Position numbers and translations under genes: made by a program
Notes under the pieces: generated by a model
Seen by the model: only the letters and a program-made list of their open reading frames with translations
Database searches by the model: none
Told to the model about the DNA's origin: nothing
IMG/VR virus record: IMGVR_UViG_3300031701_000004
Location: 1 to 38,331 of that record
DNA length: 38,331 nt
Origin: a virus
Lineage: Duplodnaviria; Caudoviricetes
Strand: one strand, 5' to 3'
Part shown: positions 33,231 through 38,331 of the stretch, piece by piece
How positions within the stretch are numbered: the stretch's first letter is position 1
How the letters are laid out: each line of letters starts with the position of its first letter

Positions 33231-34378
33231 ACAATCTGTAGGTCGTCATCACCCAGGGTAGACTCATTCATCGCCAGGTCGATCGACACTGTAGCGATGC
33301 CATTGCGGTCGCCTGGGCTGACTCCAGTGTACTGCGCTTGCGGTGCCATGATCTTGAACTTGTTTCCGACATCCGATCCCACGGTGAACTTCATCAATCC
33401 CTCAGTGTTCGCATCAAGTCGCCCGAACCAGTCATGGGTGCCCGTTCCCGTCACCACTGTCATCTCGGGATCAATGGATCCTTGCACCTGTCGATTGACG
33501 ATCTGCGTGGACACCACGCCGCTGGCGGTGTTCATGCTGCGCCTGACTTGTAGATCGTTGTTCGTGTTCACTTCGATGTTATCCACCACTGCGGCGAATC
33601 CGCCACCGACTGAGAACAATGCGCTGAGTAGCGGCTCCGGTGTCGTCGTTGGGTAGGCCACGCCATTCAGCAATGGGCCATTCGCCGTGGCGACTTTCGG
33701 GCCAGTGAATTCAAACATGGCTTGCACGGGCTGCCCGGTGGATGCCCTGAGCGTGACATTCCCACGGGCACCGATGATCCTGTGGCGCACGCCGTCATTC
33801 AGTAGATCGACCGAAGAGGATGGTGCCGAGGTGGTGGAGTATGTGCTGGTGGTGGAGTAAACGAATCCCACTGGCCCCGTGATGGTTCGACCTGTCAGTG
33901 CCATCTCCGCTGCGGATGTGACCCCCACGATTGCCGCTGTGCCTGGATTCGATGCCCCTGTCGAGATGTAGATGTTGTCGCCATCAACGGCGAGGACCGT
34001 CTCCGAGAATGCTCCCGCTCCCGTGATGGTTTCGCCGACCACGAATGTCCCGGTGACAGTGCCGCCAGCCATCAGGTCACAAGTCGCCTTGGCGAAGCCG
34101 CAGGACTGGAGCGCCGGGCCGAACGGTGGAGCCACCGTAGCGGAGCCACTGCCCGCCAGTTCGGTCGTGTAGGTAATGCTCCCTGTTTTCACACCTGCGA
34201 TGCTGGCTCGAGATCCTACCGAAGCCCGGAATGGATTCCGCTCGAACTGCTCGATGTCTGCGGTAAATCCAGTTTCAAAGATATTGAATGCAGCATCCGC
34301 AGCGACTGGAGTATTGACGGTCCCCTCGGTGCTTTCATTCTTGATCGCTACCTGCGTCTTCCTGGTAAGTAATGGCAC
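33221..34378 (-). CDS. Major tail tube protein with an inserted beta domain
   Basis: MPLLTRKTQVAIKNES, ELAGSG..APPFGPALQSCGF, GARGNV, FEFTG, GSIDPE; position in the tail operon. Confidence 0.88.
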   Translation of the reverse strand: MPLLTRKTQVAIKNESTEGTVNTPVAADAAFNIFETGFTADIEQFERNPFRASVGSRASIAGVKTGSITYTTELAGSGSATVAPPFGPALQSCGFAKATCDLMAGGTVTGTFVVGETITGAGAFSETVLAVDGDNIYISTGASNPGTAAIVGVTSAAEMALTGRTITGPVGFVYSTTSTYSTTSAPSSSVDLLNDGVRHRIIGARGNVTLRASTGQPVQAMFEFTGPKVATANGPLLNGVAYPTTTPEPLLSALFSVGGGFAAVVDNIEVNTNNDLQVRRSMNTASGVVSTQIVNRQVQGSIDPEMTVVTGTGTHDWFGRLDANTEGLMKFTVGSDVGNKFKIMAPQAQYTGVSPGDRNGIATVSIDLAMNESTLGDDDLQIVCL

Positions 34379-34711
34379 TTAGATCTCCTCCAATGTAATC
34401 CCCACGGAACTCTGCCCGCCAGATTGATGTGTGATCGTCAGGCTGTCCTGCGTGATCATGTAACTTCCAGCCGAGCCGCCCGGCGGTGTCCAGGTGAGCG
34501 TGCCGCCACCATTGACCTGCCCGAACACCACGACCAATCCATCTACTTCCCCCTGCGCCAAATTGCGCCAGCCGATCTCGTATCCCGTGCGATGTTTCTT
34601 CCCTGACGGATTACGATTCCGCCGGATCAACACGCCCGCCCCGTAGCTCGCAGCCATCCCGTACTGGTGGACCTCTCGAATGCTCTGCGGGTCAAGCGTC
34701 AATGTCGGCAT
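34379..34711 (-). CDS. Second gpM/Dit-like small tail protein
   Basis: YEIGWRNL...EVDGL..VF...NGGGTLTWTPPG...LEE aligns by eye with the C-terminal domain of 28348-29901. Confidence 0.6.
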   Translation of the reverse strand: MPTLTLDPQSIREVHQYGMAASYGAGVLIRRNRNPSGKKHRTGYEIGWRNLAQGEVDGLVVVFGQVNGGGTLTWTPPGGSAGSYMITQDSLTITHQSGGQSSVGITLEEI

Positions 34712-35181
34712 CAGTTCCTCGCCGTGTAGGGATCCGTGATCGAATGCTGGTATCGGATTCTGACGGAAACCGTAGCACCGACATAGGGCTGAGATTCAGC
34801 CAGGCGGAATGGATGGATGGATTCAATCTCGCAAGTCCGGGCCAATCCGCCCCTTGTCGGATCCACCATGACGGCCTTCTCGACATCTGCGGCGAGGCTG
34901 TCCACCACCGTGGCTGTGGAGCCACTGACGACATCCTGGTCATGGACAGCGAACAGGTCGATCGATATCGACAATTCACAGTCGGCCCGCTCGGTCGGTC
35001 CCTGGCTCTTCCGCTCGTCCTCGAAGTTGACCACGGCGGTCGGCACCTGCGCCACAGTCAGCCCGCCCTGCATGAATCGTTGCACGCTCACCAGGGTATT
35101 CTCGTAACCATTGCCCGTGGTGATATCGCCCAGCGCCGTGGCGATGTTTGCGATGATCTGCTCCCTGACACTCGCTGCCAT
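34711..35181 (-). CDS. Tail terminator protein (gpU-like)
   Basis: SVREQII..IATAL..IT..NGY, LAADVEKAVMVDPTRGGLA, IRYQH..DP. Confidence 0.8.
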   Translation of the reverse strand: MAASVREQIIANIATALGDITTGNGYENTLVSVQRFMQGGLTVAQVPTAVVNFEDERKSQGPTERADCELSISIDLFAVHDQDVVSGSTATVVDSLAADVEKAVMVDPTRGGLARTCEIESIHPFRLAESQPYVGATVSVRIRYQHSITDPYTARN

Positions 35182-35937
35182 TTATTTACTCCTCTTATTG
35201 ATTCCCCATACCATGCTTTTCAGGGCTTTCGTGATTTCCTTGTCGTAGCGCTCGAGGGTCTCACCCTTCATGGCTTTCCAGAGTTTGTAGTATCGCAGCC
35301 CATCCTTCTTCATCTGCACTCGCTTGATCAGTAGCATCACCGGGAATGGCTTGGCTCCCGATTTCTTGTGCCTGGCCCATAGGATCGTATACGCCCCCTT
35401 GACCTGCCATTGGAAGTTGTAGGCTGTCCGCAATCCGCCCGGCTTCAGGATCTCGCCAACGGTTCGCCATGACGGCTTCGCCCTGGGCTGGACTTCGCCC
35501 GCTCGGCGTTTCCTGGCATTGACATTCCCGGACAGCACGATGGGGATTCCCAGGTATGGACCCTTCGCCTGGATCTTCTTCCCCTCCTCCATCGACTCTG
35601 CGGCCTCGCTCCGTGTTCCGATGTTGCCGCTGATCTGCTTCACCGATTTGACATGGCTGCTACTGTGCCGCCGGGCTTTCGGCGGTGTCGGCGGGTGAAC
35701 TTGCCAGATGAATGATCGGCCTATCGGTGGCATTTTCCCTGCGCTGGCAGCGCCTCGAGGGTTCGCCGATTTCTTCCCCCGGATGTTCGCTGGCGTTCTC
35801 TTCAAGAACTCCTTGCGGAATCCGCCGAGCGCCCTGGATGTGCCATGCCACAATCCTCGAGCCATCACGGTCTCGCCAGTAGCCATCGCATCTTGGAAGG
35901 ATTTCAGGTTCTGTAGGTCTGGGAAGATGTCGATCAT
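35182..35937 (-). CDS. Basic neck/tail-completion protein (gpZ-like position)
   Basis: 251 aa from ATG 35937 (ATGA overlap). K/R-rich, with EEG..I.AK.PYL.IP. Confidence 0.65.
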   Translation of the reverse strand: MIDIFPDLQNLKSFQDAMATGETVMARGLWHGTSRALGGFRKEFLKRTPANIRGKKSANPRGAASAGKMPPIGRSFIWQVHPPTPPKARRHSSSHVKSVKQISGNIGTRSEAAESMEEGKKIQAKGPYLGIPIVLSGNVNARKRRAGEVQPRAKPSWRTVGEILKPGGLRTAYNFQWQVKGAYTILWARHKKSGAKPFPVMLLIKRVQMKKDGLRYYKLWKAMKGETLERYDKEITKALKSMVWGINKRSK

Positions 35938-36245
35938 TCCATCGCCCTGACTGTCCAGAGATTGGCATCGCTGTTCAGGAGCCGAACCACCCGGCATCGC
36001 ACCTCGCCCTTGTATGGCTCGACCTTCACCAGCACCTCGTCGGTGCCAACATCTACGATTGCGATCTTCCCCGATTCGCTCCCTCGAGGTAGGTAAATGT
36101 CCACAGGCTTCACGAGATTATCCTGGAGGATCTTGGAAGTGGAGCGCACCACAACAGCGGTGATAACTACAGCGGCGGCGGTGACTCCGCCCGGGTAGTA
36201 GGTGACCTGTTCCATCGCCTGATAGTTGAAGAAGTCCAATGGCAT
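35934..36245 (-). CDS. Head-closure (gpFII-like) protein
   Basis: 103 aa beta-rich protein, EQVTYYPGG...ITAVVVR, at the head-closure position before the neck and terminator genes. Confidence 0.65.
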   Translation of the reverse strand: MPLDFFNYQAMEQVTYYPGGVTAAAVVITAVVVRSTSKILQDNLVKPVDIYLPRGSESGKIAIVDVGTDEVLVKVEPYKGEVRCRVVRLLNSDANLWTVRAME

Positions 36246-36248
36246 CGA

Positions 36249-38331
36249 TTACCTCACTGCCAACAGGTGAACCATGCCAGGGTCGTGGTCGATGATTTCG
36301 ACGACACGAACCCGCTCTGCTGCTTTCCCATCGGTCACGACTACATCGGCGAGATCTTGCCCTGCGTTAACGGTGGACACCCCGAGAACTGCATCAGTGA
36401 CAATCCAGAGTTCGACATCAACGGTCAGCGATCCAGCATCCATCGTATAGGCGAGGATCTCCGGCTCGGTGCGCTGGACTATTGCCCGGATGGATTTTCC
36501 TGCGGCCAGGTCTCCGCCTGGGTAGTAGGTGATCGCCTCGGTCAACACCTCGATCGCCATCATCGCTTTCGCTCCGGCCTTGATGAATGGTTCCGATTCC
36601 GTGATCGACACGGCGGTGGTGGCTGTTCCGGATCCTGTCCCCGAGACCGTCACGAGCAGCCCGATGACCATCGACGAAGTAGCGGCGGCGGAACCGACTG
36701 GAGCGAGGCGCAGGGATGCCGACCTCGAGACCACTGACGAAGCCAGGCCGCTCGCCGAGACTGTCACCGACAGATTACGGGTGACCGTGGCGTTCGCCGC
36801 CGCTGTTCCAGATCCAGCAGATGCTGCCGATAGGGTCGCCTCTTGCCCGGTCGAGATGTTGATGGTGGCGGTCCCGGATGCGGCTGCTGCTGCGAGCAGT
36901 GTGGCCGCTCGAGTGGCTGCGCCTGTGGCGGTGGCGAGTCCTGTGGCGGTCGATGACAGCGTGACCTGGCTGGCCGACTCGAGGGCTGCGGTCGATGTTC
37001 CCGAGCCTGTGGCGGTCGATGACAGCGTGACATTGATGGTCGTGGAGATCGCAGCGGTCGATGTTCCAGATCCAGTGACTGCCGCCGACAGCGTGCGAGT
37101 CGTAGCGGCTGCGATGGCGGCGGTCGATCCCGCTGCGCCTGTGGCTGCCACCGCCAATGTGACATCAGTGGTCGTGGAGATCGCAGCGGTCGATGCCCCT
37201 GATCCTGTGGCGGATGCGGCCAGTCCTCGATCAGCAGTGGAGGCGATGGATGTAGCCGTCGAACCGGATCCAGTGGAGGCGGCGATCAGCGAGGCGGAGC
37301 GGGCCAGGAGTGTCGTGGCGATCGATGCACCTGTGGCGGCTGCGGCGAGCGTGATATCCGTGGTGGTGACGATGGCGGCTGTCGAGGATCCCGAGCCTGT
37401 GGCATTAGCGGCCAGGGCGACATCGGTGGATGCAGTAATCGATACAGCCGAGGATCCCGCACCAGTGACGCTGGCGGCCAGGGTTCGATCCGCAATGGCT
37501 GCGATGGCAGTGGTCGATGATCCCGAACCTGCGGCGGCTGCGGCGAGCGTGATATCCGTGGTGGTGACGATGGCGGCGCTGGTAGCTCCGGATCCAACGG
37601 CGACCGCTGCAAGCGTTCGAGGTTGTCCGGCGGCGATGGCCGTGGTGGAAGATCCCGTACCTGTGACGGCGCAAGCCAGGGCGACATCCGCAGCGGCGGC
37701 GATGGCCGTGGTCGAGGATCCTGCACCTGTGGCAGTCGCTGCGAGGGCGACATCGGCGGCGGCTGCGATGGCCGTGGTCGATGATCCTGAGCCTGTGACT
37801 GCTGCGGCCAGGGCGACATCCGCAGTGGCTGCGATGGCCGTGGTCGAGGATCCCGAACCTGTGGCACTGGCGGCCAGTGCGACATCCGCAGTGGCGGCGA
37901 TGGATACGGTCGATTCGCCCGAACCCGTGGCGGATGCGGCGAGATCCCGAACTGCCGAGGCTGTGTGCGCCACCGTAGCGCCGCCAGATCCTGTGGCCTG
38001 ACCCGATACACTCACGGATTGCGCCGCTGTCAGGGCGGCAGTGGTGGCCCCGGATCCAGTGGCTTCGGAAGCGATCGCCCTGTCCTGCACGGCTGCGATG
38101 GCTGCGGTCGAGGATCCCGAACCTGTGGCACTGGCGGCCAGGGTGACCGTGGCGGCGGCTGCGATGGCTGCGGTCGAGGATCCCGAACCTGTGGCGGCTG
38201 CGGCCAGGGTGACAGTGGCAGCGGCGGCGATGGCCGTGGTGGATGATCCAGCGCCCGTGGCGGCTGCGGCCAGGGTGACAGTGGCAGCGGCGGCGATGGC
38301 CGTGGTGGATTATCCAGCGCCCGTGGCAGTG
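36249..38331 (-). CDS. Large Ala/Thr/Ser/Gly repeat protein ending in a head-closure-like domain (5' end outside the window)
   Basis: Frame open 38309-36249. The repeat continues past the track's GTG at 38090. An in-frame TAA at 38312-38310, near the contig end, replaces the repeat's TCA. Confidence 0.8.
36600..38331 (-). repeat. Tandem ~66-nt / 22-aa coding repeat, roughly 25 copies
   Basis: Consensus about VALAASATGSGSSTTAIAATAD. Copies are near-identical at DNA level toward 38090-38331 and degenerate toward 36600. Confidence 0.9.

Noticed and set aside
36529-38001. 490-aa plus-strand ORF
   Set aside because: Antisense shadow of the Ala/Thr repeat gene. It has no SD or operon context, and the repeat codons simply lack antisense stops.
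36600-38331. Tandem repeats as a CRISPR array
   Set aside because: The units are contiguous, in-frame and coding, with synonymous variation and no unique spacers.
1-38331. Diversity-generating retroelement, intron, tRNA or alternative genetic code
   Set aside because: I saw no reverse transcriptase, template/variable repeat pair or cloverleaf. All three stop codons end genes normally and coding density is high under the standard code.

Overview
The window is most or all of a ~60% GC tailed (siphovirus-type) phage genome, apparently a circular assembly broken inside a tandem-repeat virion gene. One long minus-strand arm runs from 18733 to 1 and continues from 38331 to 22571. It carries recombination and replication genes (PD-(D/E)XK exonuclease, Bet-like annealing protein, primase-helicase, ERCC4 nuclease) and DNA-modification genes (PAPS-reductase-like protein, a ParB-methylase remnant, a C5 methylase split over two overlapping frames). 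It then carries lambda-like packaging genes (TerS, gpA-type TerL, gpW, portal), a protease/scaffold, a Mu-gpT-like capsid, a head-adjacent accessory fibre/lectin cluster, a lambda-like tail (U, tube, G/T with a GGGAAAC frameshift, tape measure, M, L, K, I-J) and small membrane/lipoprotein genes. A short plus-strand operon (18916-22498) has a sigma70-like promoter, a SprT-like protease and a terminator. I recognised no integrase, CI repressor, endolysin, tRNA or CRISPR. The most unusual points are: (1) paired plain and decorated paralogues of both the head-closure-like and distal-tail-like proteins, one fused to a ~25 x 22-aa Ala/Thr/Ser/Gly repeat; (2) two membrane-protein cassettes with u-spanin-like topology but no endolysin; (3) a dual-frame methylase; (4) a probable ATC start for TerL; (5) strong CTCGAG enrichment. 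All product calls come from motif recognition by eye, not database searches.
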